64,000 bases of DNA from Malacoraja senta (lineage: Eukaryota). The notes below the pieces were generated by a model that saw nothing but the letters and a program-made list of their open reading frames with translations, did no database searches and was not told the origin of the DNA. A program made the translations under genes and the position numbers. Below, piece after piece: positions 40,701 to 53,032 of this stretch; position 1 is the stretch's first letter, and every line of letters starts with the position of its first letter. The DNA is taken from contig CM075997.1 of assembly GCA_038087875.1 (NCBI GenBank), forward strand, positions 6,698,001 through 6,762,000. The letters are read 5' to 3'.

Positions 40701-42656
40701 GGTTCATCAACTGTCTACAACACGCAGCTCTACTGAACAGTTCCTGGAACAATACGGAAATCCCTTTGACAACAAGCTTGGCAAGCTTCCCATCAAGTAC
40801 ACGATCACGACCGACCCTGCAGTCCTGCCAGTTGTCCGTCCTGCACACTGGATTGCCCATGCTAAGCGGGATCGTGTATAATAAGATCTCAACAGAATAA
40901 ATACTATGGGTGTGATTTCCCCCGCTGTTGACCCATCGGACTTTGTCTCAACCATGGTAGTAGCAACAAAAAAGTAATAAGGAAGAAATACGTATTTGTA
41001 TCAATCCCACAAATTTAAACACGGCCATCAAACGACCACACTGTCCCATGCGCACTGTGGATGATGTTGCAGTGCAGCTGGGCGAGGCAAAAGTATTGTA
41101 AGTTCTAGATGTCAAGAGTTAATTCTGGCAGATTACGTTGGATCCCGACTCTTCAAAGCGAACCACTTTCAGCACACCCTTTGGATGCTACAGATTCCTG
41201 CGTATGCCGTTCGATATAAACACGGGAAGTGAAGTATTTCAGCGCACCACGGAACAGGTTACCCATGCTCTATCATTGTTGATGATATTCTTGTTGCTGA
41301 ACAAACTGTCCAAGAACACGACGATAATTTAAAGACATTTCTGGACTACACCAAAGCGATCAATCCCAAGTTCAAACCCCTAAAATGCAAACTCGGAGAG
41401 AGCGAGATTCCTTGGTATGGCAAACTACTTGGGGAAATTTATTCCGAATTTCAGTGAACTATCGGACCCACTGAACAACGCTACGCTGAGATTGAAAAGG
41501 AGCTGCTAGCGATCGTTTTCGCCTGCATGAAGTTTAATGACTTTATCTTCGGAAAAACGGTCACGATTGAAACTGACCATCAACCCCTAATCAGCATTCT
41601 GAACAAACCGATACACGCTGCTCCAGCGAGACTCCAACGTACAAACTACAACTACAGAATTATGACATTGCTCCAACTTACAAACGTGGCAAAGACATGC
41701 ACTTGGCTGACACCCTGTCGCGAGCTCCAACAAAGACCTGCGAGAAACCATCCACAGATAATCACAATTTCTTTGTCATGACGGTTTCCTATATTCCTTC
41801 GTCCTGTTTGGAAGACCTGGCAGACCAGACCGCAGCTGACGACACCTTACGATCGCTCTCCTCTGTCACACAGCACTGGTGGCCAGACAAACAATACAGT
41901 CTACCATTCCCAATGAGGCCCTTCTTTTCCGTTCGTGACGAACAGTAGTACAAGATGGCATTATCGTAAAGGGCCACTAAGCTGTAATTCCTGCCTCCCT
42001 ACACAGCAAGTACTTCGATGCTGTCCATTGGAGACATCCAGGCACAGAGACAATCATTCTACGAGCGAAAATCATGTTTTTCTGGTCTGGTCTGGCCTCT
42101 GTGGTATGCAACAGTTTGGCACACCAACAATAGCAGCCACTTCTCTCCCACGCGGTTCCCGACCTCCCATTGTCCACAGTGGCAACCGACATTTTTAATT
42201 GGCATGGCAAACAATACCTGGTTCTAGTCGACTTATTCCGCATGGTTTGAAATTGATCTACTCCGTAGCCCCATCTCCGCAGCGGTAGTCCAGAAGCTGG
42301 AACGCCATTTCTCTGTCCACGGGTCCCGGATCAACTACTATATGACAATGGCAGTGAATTTCCCAGAGTACTTCAAAATCCCTGCTAAACGCTGGGACTT
42401 TGGTCATATCACCAGCAGCCCAGAATACACACAGTCAAACGGGTTGGCTGCTCGTGCGGTAGGAGTGCCAATCAAGTGATGGAACACCATCCGAAATCCA
42501 GCCCAAGCTGCAACAAAAACGATTCGTTCAAAAAAGATGGTATGACAAGACGGGCAGACACTACCACCACTAGCCAAGGGACAAGTGGTCCGTCTACAAA
42601 CAAAAACGGTCAGGGCCGCCTCGGTGTAATATCTGGAACTGCTCCCAAGCCACGTT
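37793..42656 (+). mobile_element. Older degenerate Gypsy (copy 3)
   Basis: Near-identical to copy 2. Confidence 0.9.
38255..39987 (-). mobile_element. CR1 LINE (duplicate)
   Basis: Same element and insertion site as 1456-3195. Confidence 0.93.
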
Positions 42657-42658
42657 CA

Positions 42659-44233
42659 TTTGAATAAATTTGAATTTGAATAAGTTTATTGGCCAAGTAT
42701 TCACATACATGGATTTTGCCTCGGCGCACCGCCCGCAAGTGACAACATGACATACAATGACAGTTAAGAACGATACATAAAACATTAAACATTACTAGTA
42801 AAAGATTATTGATTAAACATGTGAATTTAATAAAATACCAGAGCAAAAAGAGGCTACAGATTGTTGGTTATGGAGTAGAGTTATTACTCGTGGAAAAAAA
42901 CGGTTTTTCTGTCTGGCTGTGGCAGCTTTGACAGTCCGGAGTCGTCTTCCAGAGGGAAGTGATTCAAAGAGTTTTTGGCCAGGGTGAGAGTGGCTAAAGA
43001 TAATCTTGCCCGCTCGCTTCTTGGCGCTTGCAGTGTACAGTTCGTCAATGGAGGGATGGTTGCAGCCAATAACCTTCTCAGCTGATTAGACGATTCGCTG
43101 CAGCCTCTGGGTGTCGTTCTTGGTGGCTAAGCCAAACCAGACCATGATGGAGAAGGTGAGGATAGACTCTACGATTACCTTATAGAATTGGACCATCATT
43201 GCCTGTGGTACATTGTGCTTCCTCAGCTGCCGCAGGAAGTACATCCTCTGTTGTGCCTTTTTGACTGTGGAGTCGATGGTAGCCCCCCAAGTAAGGTCCT
43301 TGTAGATGACGGTTCTCAGGAACTTAAAAGACTCCACAGATGTGACTGAGGTGTTGTTGATGGTCACTGGGGTGAGGGGAGGGGGAGCTCTCATAAAGTC
43401 TTCAATCAATTCTACTTTCTTGAGAGCATTGAGCTCCAGGTTGTTGCGATGGCACCAGGATGCCAGATGTGACAATTCCTGTCTGTAGGCAGATTCCTCC
43501 CCATCCTGGATCACTCCAATCAGGGTTGTGTCGTCAACAAACTTGAGAAGCGTTCGAGAGGAGTCAGAGGAGGTGCAGTCATTGGTGTACAGAGAGTAGA
43601 GGAGAGGGGAGAGTACGCAGCCTTGCGATGCTCCTAAGCCGAGGGTTTGCGGGACCTAGATGTGCTTTCCCAGGCTCACATGCTGCTTCCTGTCTGTCAG
43701 GAAGCTGGTGATACACCGACAGAGGGGTTGAGGCACAGTCAACTCAGAAATTATGGAGTGTGTTCGCCCTGGCACAATGGTGTTGAATGCAGAGCTCAAA
43801 TCAACAAACAAAATCCTCGCATAGGACCACTGGCGGTCTAGGTGCTGGAGGATGAAGTGCAGGCCCAGGTTGACTGCAGCATCCACAGATCTATTGGCCC
43901 GATATGCAAACTGCACAGGATCCAGCAGGGGGATCGTGATATTTTTCAGCTTGGCCAGCACAAGCTTTTCAAGGGTCTTCATGACGACACAGGTCAGTGT
44001 GACAGGCCTGTAGTCATTAACACCAGTATTCCTTGCCGTTTTGGGTACGGTGAAAATAGTGGAGACTTTGAAGCAGGCAGGGACAGGACAGGTTTGCCGG
44101 GACTGGTTAAAAATGTCTGTTAAGACCGATGCCAGTTGTTCGGCAGAGAGTTTAAGAGTTGAGGGGGAAACATTGTACAGTCCTGGAGATTTTCGGCTTT
44201 TCTGTCTTCTGAAAAAGCCTCTCATATCTTGCC
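42659..44233 (-). mobile_element. Rex1/Babar LINE fragment (duplicate)
   Basis: Homologous to 10876-12450. Confidence 0.88.
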
Positions 44234-44770
44234 AGACACGACGGCGGCACGTACAGAAGCAATAGACAGCACATCCTGCCTGTGAACGAAATAGCACCAC
44301 CTCAGCATCATCCCGGTCGCACGTAAACTCCCATCCCCATCCAGCGGCACCTCCCCGACTACACCGCCTGGGGGGGACAGCCGTGAGTGAGGGTGACAAC
44401 AAGGAACAATGGAGCCACCGTCGTGGTGAGACTGCCGGGAGGGTCGGAGAGAACAAATGAGGAGCCGGGGTGGTATTTGGTAACTTTGTCAGCGCCGTTT
44501 TTGTGGCGACTCTAATGCCTTGTCACACGTGACAATAAAGTATTGCATCCATTCGATGCCGCTCTACATTTATTATTGTTCTTTTCCAAACATGAATCGT
44601 CACGCTGGATACAGAAGAGTTTTCCAACAAGAAAAGCAAAGTGATATATTAAAAAAAATGATATGTCTTAAGCAGAAAAGTCATAAAATTAAATGATATA
44701 AAAACATTAAAGGTTTCGAATCGTTCATACCTCACAACACCAGTGGTCAGAGAAATAAATTTCTGGTTTG

Positions 44771-45679
44771 AATAGACAATAGACAATAGGTGCAGGAGTA
44801 GACCAATAGGCCCTTCGAGCCAGCACCGCCATTCAATGTGATCATGGCTGATCATCCCCAATCAGTACCCCGTTCCTGCCTTCACCCCATATCCCCTAAC
44901 TCCGCTAGCTTTAGGAGCCCAATCTAGCTCTCTCTTGAAAGTATCCAGAGAACCGGCCTCCACCGTCCTTTGAGGCAGAGAAATCCACAGACTCACAATT
45001 CTCTGTGAGAAAAAGTGTTTCCTCGTCTCCGTTCTAAATGGCTTACCCATTATTCTTAAACTGTGGCCCCTGGTTCTGGACTCCCCCAACATCGGGAACA
45101 TGTTTCCTGCCTCTAGCGTATCAAAACCCTTAACAATCTTATATGTTTCAATAAGATCCACTCTCAAACTTCTAAACTCCAGCGTGTACAAGCCCAGCCG
45201 CTCCATTTTCTCCGAATATGACAGTCCCGCCCTTCCGGAAATTAACCTTGTAAACCTGTCCTCAAATTAGGGGACCAAAACTGCACACAATAATCCAGGT
45301 GAGGTCTCACTAGGGCTCTGTACAACTGCAGAAGGACATCTTTGTTCCTTTAATCGACTCCTCTTCTTATAAAGGCCAACATTCATTCGCTTTCTTCACT
45401 GCCTTCTGTACCTGCATGCTTACTTTCATAGACTGATGAACAAGGACCCCCCAGATCCCATTATACTTCCCCTATTCCCAACTTGACGCCATTTAGATAG
45501 TAATCTGCCTTCCTGTTTTTGCTACCAAAGTGGATAACCTCAAATGTATCCACATTAAACGTTATCTACCATGCATCTGCCCACTCCCCCAAACTGTCCA
45601 AGTCACCCTGCATTCTCATAGCATCCTCCTCAAAGTTCACTCTGCCACCCAGCTTTGTTTCTTCTGCAAATTTGCTAAT
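44771..45679 (-). mobile_element. Second CR1 fragment (duplicate, small internal deletion)
   Basis: Homologous to 12988-13927. Confidence 0.92.
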
Positions 45680-47576
45680 GGTCGAAGTACCATGGTCCGA
45701 TCTATGGTATCGGTTTGTTCGTCCATATTTCCATATTTAGTCAAATAGAAGTTATTTCTAAAGACGTGTTTGAATGAACTGCAGTTACTGGTTTAAACCG
45801 AAGATAGACACAAAAAGCTGGAGTAACTCAGCGGGACAGGCTATATCTCTGGAGAGAAGGAAGGAGTGACGTTTCGGGTCGAGACCCTTCTTCGGATAAT
45901 TTCTTCAGTCTGAAGAAGCGCTTCGCAACTTCACCCATTCCTTCTCTCGAGAGATGCGTCCAAAGGCAATGAGTTACTCCAGCGTTTTGTGTCCATCTAT
46001 TTATTTCTAAATGCTGATATTCTTGAAACAACTTCAAATTTAAGTCATTGAATCAAAGAATGTCATCATGTTTTTGTGGGAATTTACAGGGTGAAGAAAG
46101 GCGCGAATGGAAGAACAGGCAAAGACAATGATCGGGAGGCCCGGTTGTGCACTGCAGCTTTAATCAGTAATGCCATATTGGAAGAACGAACATCGGTTAT
46201 CACAGCCGACCACATTTCAGGAACCATCCTCCTCCCATGCTATCCTGCAAGATAAACTGTAAAGTTGAACCACTTTCGTGAAAGACGACGTTTTCATTTA
46301 CAAGCTATTGTGTAATTCATTTGTGTTTTCGATGGAGTGGGATATCTCGCTGACATTTTTTCCCCTGTTTCTATGCAAAACATTGATTTCCAATTCACTT
46401 TATCTGACACCAGTTTAAAAAAAGTTGTGCCAAATTCTAGTTACCACAGAATGTGTTGCACTCGTGTCCCAGGCATCAATAAACCTTTGCTGCGGAATTA
46501 TATTACTGCGATAATAAATTGTCAGCGCTGCGTTCTTTGGTGAAATTTTTGTATTTAGCATTAAATTAGAATATATTAATTATGCATCGGGTGGATAAAA
46601 CACATTTCCAATGGTCCATTCCTTTTATAAAATGTTGTATTTACCGTGGAAAAGTAAACGAATGCCGTTGATTTCAGGAACGCAAAAAGTTATGCCCTGA
46701 AGCATATCAACGTGGCGGTGAAGGCCGTGCGGGTGTTGGTGAGCGCATAACATTTGAGAAACCTCATGAACTGACCTGGTGTAAACTAGTATACTTGGGC
46801 AGCAATCGTGGAGACTACCGAGGTCGCGGGAAAAAAATCTACCTTTCTTCGCCACGGGGATGGTATTGGAAGACGAGAACATCACATACTGTACATTCAT
46901 TTCACAAGGGTTGCAATCTGAATTCATGGATTTACTGACTACTGAACCTGATATTAACGACTTGAAACATACTGGGGATGATTCTAAAGCACACGATTTA
47001 TTTGTATTTGAAAATCATGGTCTGCTTCGGGACACTTTGAAACGCAGCATTTAACTAGAGATATTTTGCATGGATTCTTCGTGGACGATTTAGTCTAAAA
47101 ATATGATTGTTTCGTTACGGTCTGACAAGTAGATTGGGGGGGGGAGGGGGTTGGCGCGAGGAATGGACAGTGTGAACATTTGGATGACATTTGATAAGAT
47201 ACGCTTCTACAGTATGTTAAAATACAGGGGATTCACTATTGGACAACAAATTGGATACCCAATTGGCTTGGTGGTTGTGGAGAATTGCTTTGCAGATTGG
47301 AGACCAGTAACTACTGGAGTGCCACAGGGAAGGCGATGCCTCCTATATTGTTTGCATGTATATTAATAATTCTTTGGAATAAACTACCAAATAATGTGAT
47401 ATAATTACATCGCTATCATATGCGTTCGACTGATGCATTGCGAGGGAATAGGGGAGTGGGACAGGCTGAATGGAATGGAGTGGGATAGGCTTAGTAACGA
47501 TCAGGTTCAGCATGCGGATGTTGTACGAAAGAATCTGTTGGCGCCACACTGATAGGCCCGCGGGAGCATAAGAACA

Positions 47577-47582
47577 TTTATT
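47577..47582 (-). promoter_or_regulatory. Candidate polyadenylation signal AATAAA
   Basis: Lies ~35 nt downstream of the stop codon of the intact GPCR; the two frameshifted copies have AATACA at this position. Confidence 0.35.
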
Positions 47583-47617
47583 TTTAAATTCAAGTAACTT
47601 GCAGTTAAACCTACACT

Positions 47618-48516
47618 TTAACTATGAAATATTCCTCTTAATTGAAACAGATACTTCAGTCCATTCCTCAGCTCCGCTCTGAATTTTCTCTGTGTTAGTG
47701 TGTATATACACGTGTTGGTGCACATACTGAGTATTTGCAACATATATCCGAACTGTTGTAGGATATATGTCGGGCTATTCAAATACCGGTCTGTATACGA
47801 ATAATTTTGGACCTGCCAAGTCATCGAAACTACTACATAAGGTATCCAAAGTAAAATGAAGTTACTTGATATTGCGAACAACAAAAACATTGACTTTCTC
47901 CTGTTCACCACTTCGGCATCATCCTTAGCGTCGCTGCTGTTCCGAAGTTCTCTGCGGACTTTATTTGACGCTATGATATTTTTGATCGTTAATCCATTGA
48001 ACAGCAGAATTAAACAGATTGGTAATAAAGGTGTTAAGATACTATCCAGTATCTCGAATCCTTTCCAGAAAGATGAAGTGAGGTAATCCGTTGTTAAGAC
48101 GCAGCCCCATGGCACGTTGTCAATTATGACACCAGACTCCATCACGAAGTAAAAGGGAACGCCCCTGGCGCAGCTGACTGCAACCACAGTCACCATGACC
48201 ACAGTTGCAGTTCTCTCTTTGCAGTACCGTTCACGCAACTTTTGACAACATATAGCAATAAAGCGATCAAAAGTAAAACTGACCGTAAGCCATACAGAAC
48301 AATCCATGGTTATAACCCTCAGTACATTTGTCAGAGAGCATAACGGAGTAATGAGCAAGAAATCCGCATAAGCATATATATAATTAGTCTGTTCCACAAT
48401 AGCAACAACGAAAACCACCATCAGGTCGGCTGTTGCCATTCCAATCAGGTAACGGGTGATGCACTTGGAGAGTCCGCATTTTCCCCGAGAGAGTATTGCG
48501 ATCGCAATTGAATTGA
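47618..48516 (-). CDS. Exon 2 of intact GPR139/GPR142-like 7TM receptor (spliced product 322 aa)
   Basis: Acceptor tttttttcttaactatttgcag, then VNSIAIAILSRGKCGLSKCITRYLIGMATADL...FTFDRFIAICC...WIP...TNTCIY to the stop. Open frame with remaining TM helices, DRF (DRY motif) and ECL2 Cys. 70+899=969 nt. Confidence 0.9.
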
Positions 48517-49393
48517 CTGCAAATAGTTAAGAAAAAAAAAAGTTATGCGTATAATTAAAAGTCCACCTGCATCAAACTTGATACGTTTTACTTCAGTTCC
48601 GCGCGGGAAACATACACGGAATGGTTCTATTCTTTTCCTGATGTTTTGTAGTTCTAGATGGGTGAGAATCTGAGAGGGGATTTCCAGGACGTCCACGCTC
48701 CGCTGCTCAGCTTCACTCCAAGACACCTCGGACAGCAGTGACAATTGTACCGGCTATCTTGCGCCAGTTTGGAGCGGAGCACGTGAAGCCCAGGACCCAC
48801 CTCCTCAGTTACCGAGGCATGATTCATGGTTTGCCTTAAAAACAATTAAGTAGTATTGATGTTTGCTCAAAAAGAAACAGACATGGTGTTCTCAGGGTGT
48901 AACATATTTGACAAGGAAACAACTGCCTTAAAAATAAAACTGGCGGAAAAACAACTGACCGGAACAACAGAGCATAGTTTGATGTTATTGCACACCTTGA
49001 AATGGCATTTAGACAAATAGAAAAGTAGTTCTGATTTCTTGTCTTTGTTCGAAATTACATCCGTGTGGGAAATACAATGAACACGTTCTTTAAAAAAGCC
49101 GTGGCGACGGTGAGGAATGTGTATAGAGTTGGATAACTCTGGTGATATAGGTTCATACCGGAAAGAACATATGCTGATAATGCAAGAGGAATATGTTAAT
49201 ATCAGGAATAACTTAGTTGATGCAATTGACAAAATAACTGGGCATAAAAAAAAAGTAGAAACTTGAATCCTGAAAATTCTAGAGACACTCTTGGAGCAGA
49301 ATCTGAGCTGCATATCAAGGGGATTATGCTACCGTACAGCACTTTCAACAAAAGAGACAACGTAATATATCGGAGCCAGCTCAAGTATCTTAC

Positions 49394-49463
49394 CTGGGAT
49401 AGCAACCGCTGCAAGGACAGGATAGAATATTCTCGCAATGTGGTAAATGGGTGCAAATCCCAT
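49394..49463 (-). CDS. Exon 1 of intact GPR139/GPR142-like class A GPCR (MGFAPIYHIARIFYPVLAAVAIP, phase-1 donor)
   Basis: Read by eye on the minus strand: ATG at 49463, 70 nt, ends CCAG|GTAAGA. It encodes the first half of TM1 and joins exon 2 in frame (G+TC = Val). Confidence 0.85.
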
Positions 49464-49535
49464 TTTCCGGTGAGGCAATGATCTATTGTACGGAACGTTT
49501 CACTTCCCATATGCTCTGGTGATTAGCTTACAAAC

Positions 49536-49543
49536 TTATAAAA
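49536..49543 (-). promoter_or_regulatory. Possible TATA-like element upstream of GPCR exon 1
   Basis: TTTTATAA ~75 nt upstream of the ATG, also present upstream of the 63495 copy; motif match only. Confidence 0.2.
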
Positions 49544-52500
49544 GAGAAGGAAATTCCACTGTGACAATTAGTGTGGCCATCTCCGTCGGGACATATCAGG
49601 CACAATTCACTGAACAAACATTTACACTTATCTATTTTTACTCATTGCTTTATTTTGCAATTAATTTCTCTCCGCAGCGTAGGTTCGGTACATGTGGGCT
49701 TCATGTTGATTGTCACCTTCTTACAGGGAAATGTCAGGTCGTATTGCACGATATTTGACGCGTGAAACGGGACGGTTTTTAAGATCAATATTATATTTAA
49801 CATGGACATTCCGCTTATATGAAAATTAAGTGCTATTATGTGCAGCAGGTAGCCTCGTCAAATTAACCCAAAATCTTTAGCTTGGTAAACTAAGTTGAAT
49901 GCTTGCCAGGAATAGGAGAGCTCACCCTGCCGGCAAGCCTTTCGGAAAGTTTTGGTGGTGTAACCCGTTAGTCGCCTGTCATGTTTTTCAATGAACTAAA
50001 TGTGTACTGTATTCATTGACCCGTAATGTCATCAATATATCCTAATCAAATTTGCAATCGCCCGTGAAGAACAGAGGAGGTCCGTATCATACAGGCACCT
50101 GGAGTTTGCAGTCTGCGTGAAAGTGAACATATTCGACCACAGAAGATTGACCGTTCGGACCGATCTCTCAGGATCTGTTTGTTAATAGCTTGAAATTCTC
50201 ACGTATGTGGGGCGGCACATCGTTTGAAATATTATCCAGGTACTGATATTAATTCATTTTTGTCAGGTCGATTTATCTCGTAGAAAGGTATGAAGTGAAA
50301 CCCGAAAATTCCCCTTACGTTGCTTTAACTGTATTTTCACACCACAACCCTGATGATATTTTTGCCTTCTTTATGTTAAGATACCATCGAACCATCAGAC
50401 ATGCAGTCTTTTCTGCCCATCTCTTCAATGCCGACTAAGATGTTTCTTTGATGTAGCTCATTTCAACTGTGTGTGGTAAATAACCTTCAAGTCTATTCTT
50501 CCTATCAATCTACGTCCAATTGTGTATTCAACATAGCCATCGTGTCCGCCAGTACAGATTCCTCCTGCAGATCATTGAAGGTACCCACCACGATCTGCGT
50601 GAACGTTACCCTTGGGATTAGTGATTTCCCGTCTCATCCTCTGTCCTTTTATTGTAGACTCCTTTAATCTTGAAGTTATATGGCACTCGCGACTTGATAA
50701 ACCCCATAATCGCTCCAAAGGAAAAAGGCGTCGTGGGAGATCTTGCATTCGAACTTGATCTGCAATTATTTGAAGAATTAACCGAGAAGGCGACGTGTGC
50801 AACGACGTTGACATGGTCTATCTGGACCTAACCAAGGCCGTTGATACGGTTCTCGGACTGGAGACCTGTGAAGATCAGTGTGACTCAGGAATTGGTTGTG
50901 TGCCGTTTGCTGTTTGTGGGTTATATCAACGGTTGAGATGCGAGCAGTCAAGACATGGTTAGTAAGTTTGTAGATCGCATCATAGTAGGTGATATTGTGG
51001 ACACCTGAAAAGATTGTCAAATAAAGAAGAACAGCAGGAACCTCATCAACTAGGCAGCTAGAATGAGGATTGGCGATTGCAGTGTGATACAGATAACTGT
51101 GAGGTTTTGCACTTTGGAAAGTCCAACCAGAGCAATTTCTTCACAGTGAATGTGAAGAGTTGTTTAGCCGAGGAATCCAGAATGATTGGTGCGTATTCCA
51201 CCAGGTTATTGAGTATAGAAAACACTACATTTTTTCATGCTTTTGTTGTGGCCGCATATTGATGATATTGTCCTGTTTTGGTCAGCCTGCTTAAGGAAGA
51301 ATACCATTCAGTTGGAAACAATCCAGAGAAAATGTATAAGGACGTTGCCAGGACGCAAGTACCTGAGCTACATGGATAGGATGTGGAAGCTAAGATTTTA
51401 TCCCTTGTAACGCGTGGAGGTTAATGGTGATATAATACAACTTAAAATCATGAGTGAAAAAAAGGGTCAATATACCTGTACATCGTTTTAGCCCGGGGTA
51501 CTGGAATCAAGAACCAGAAAACATATGTTTCAGGTGAGATAGGAAACATTTAATAGGAAATGTATAGGTTTTACTATAACTGATCTTCCAGCATATCATT
51601 CAAACATATTGGTTTCCAGTGGATGAAAGTGCTTGACTATCTCAGCGGCTCAGTCGGCATCTCTGGAGGATATCGACAGGCGACGATTCGGATCGGGACG
51701 CTTCTTCAGACTCCATCCACTCGTTCTTCAGAGGGAACCTGCTTGAACAAAGGCCCCGCTCCAAAACGCCGCACAACCATGTCTTCCACAGACGCTGGCT
51801 GAGGCGTTGAGTTACTCCAGCACGTTGTGTTCCACGCAAGATTCCTGCGTTTGAAGATCAGTGTGTCTACCATAAGAGGCCGAATGCCTAAACAATTCCC
51901 GCGAGCCTTCCAGTAACATAAATGCAACGTTACTTGTAGAGTCACAGAATGAAAACAACATTGAAACAGACCCTTTCATATTTTTCTCCTCTCGCCTTAA
52001 ATTTGAGTCTTTCACTTTTAGACTTCACGACACCTGAAAAAAGACCGTGAAGGCGCAACTGTCCAACGCACCTCGTGACTCCACGTACCTCTTTTAGATC
52101 AACCCAGCAGCCTCCACCGCTCCAGGAATAATGTCCCAGCTTATCCGGCCGCTCTTATAACAGAAGCCCTCCCGTCCCGGAACCGTCTGTCACAAGATAC
52201 AAATAACTTTATGTGCCAGTTACAAAAACAGACACAACATGCTGGAGTAACGCAGTGGACAAGGCAGCATCTCTGCAGTACGTGGATAGATGATGTTTCA
52301 TGTCACGACCTTTGTTCAGACTGATTGTGGTGGGGAGGAGGAGAGGGAAGGGAAATCGACGTGGGCAGGACAAAGCCCGGTGAGTGATAGGCGGATACAG
52401 ATTAGGTTTGTTTTGAGAGACAGATTAATAGACAGCGGGTAGGTATAAAAAAACCAGCAGGTGTAATACAAAATGATTGAATAGTTACGAAATGCGAGGC

Positions 52501-53032
52501 GGGGCCAAGTCATCCACCAGGCCAGGCTCGAACCACGCGGACCGAGGACTCGCTCAACGAGGACGGAGGACCCATCCGGAAGGCTCGGCTTGCCCAACGT
52601 GGTCTGCGAACTCGGCTCCGAGCCACTGGCGACGAAGTGACCTGCGCCGCCGAGAGCGTGAAGACCTCAATATGTTGAGAGCAATGTGGGCCATCGGAGC
52701 GTGAGGAGGGCCGTTAGACAGTGAGGGAACAGTCGGAAAACAAGTGGGCCATCGGAGAGCGCGAAGGGCTGTTGGAGAACGAGGGGTACCGTAGGAAAGC
52801 CGTCGGTGAGCGAGGAGGGCCGTCGGAGATCGAAGGGACCGCCGAAAGCGAGGAGGGCCAGAGCCAGTAGGGGCGCCGCTAGCGAAGGGAGAACCCGGCA
52901 GTGTTGGAGGGGAATACCGGGTATGGGGAATGCGGAAGGGGGGAGAGTGAGGGTGCGGGGAGGGGGCGTGTAGATTAGGCTGTCTTTATTATATCTATCA
53001 CCACACACATTATCCATGCTGCACATTCTTTA

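Noticed and set aside
48867..49313. 148-aa hydrophobic ORF as an additional GPCR exon
   Set aside because: It lies within the intron, its frame is not conserved in the 62.9-63.3 kb copy, and exons 1+2 already give a complete receptor.
47618..49463. Assigning the gene symbol GPR139 or GPR142
   Set aside because: Only family-level resemblance; orthology cannot be established without phylogeny and synteny.
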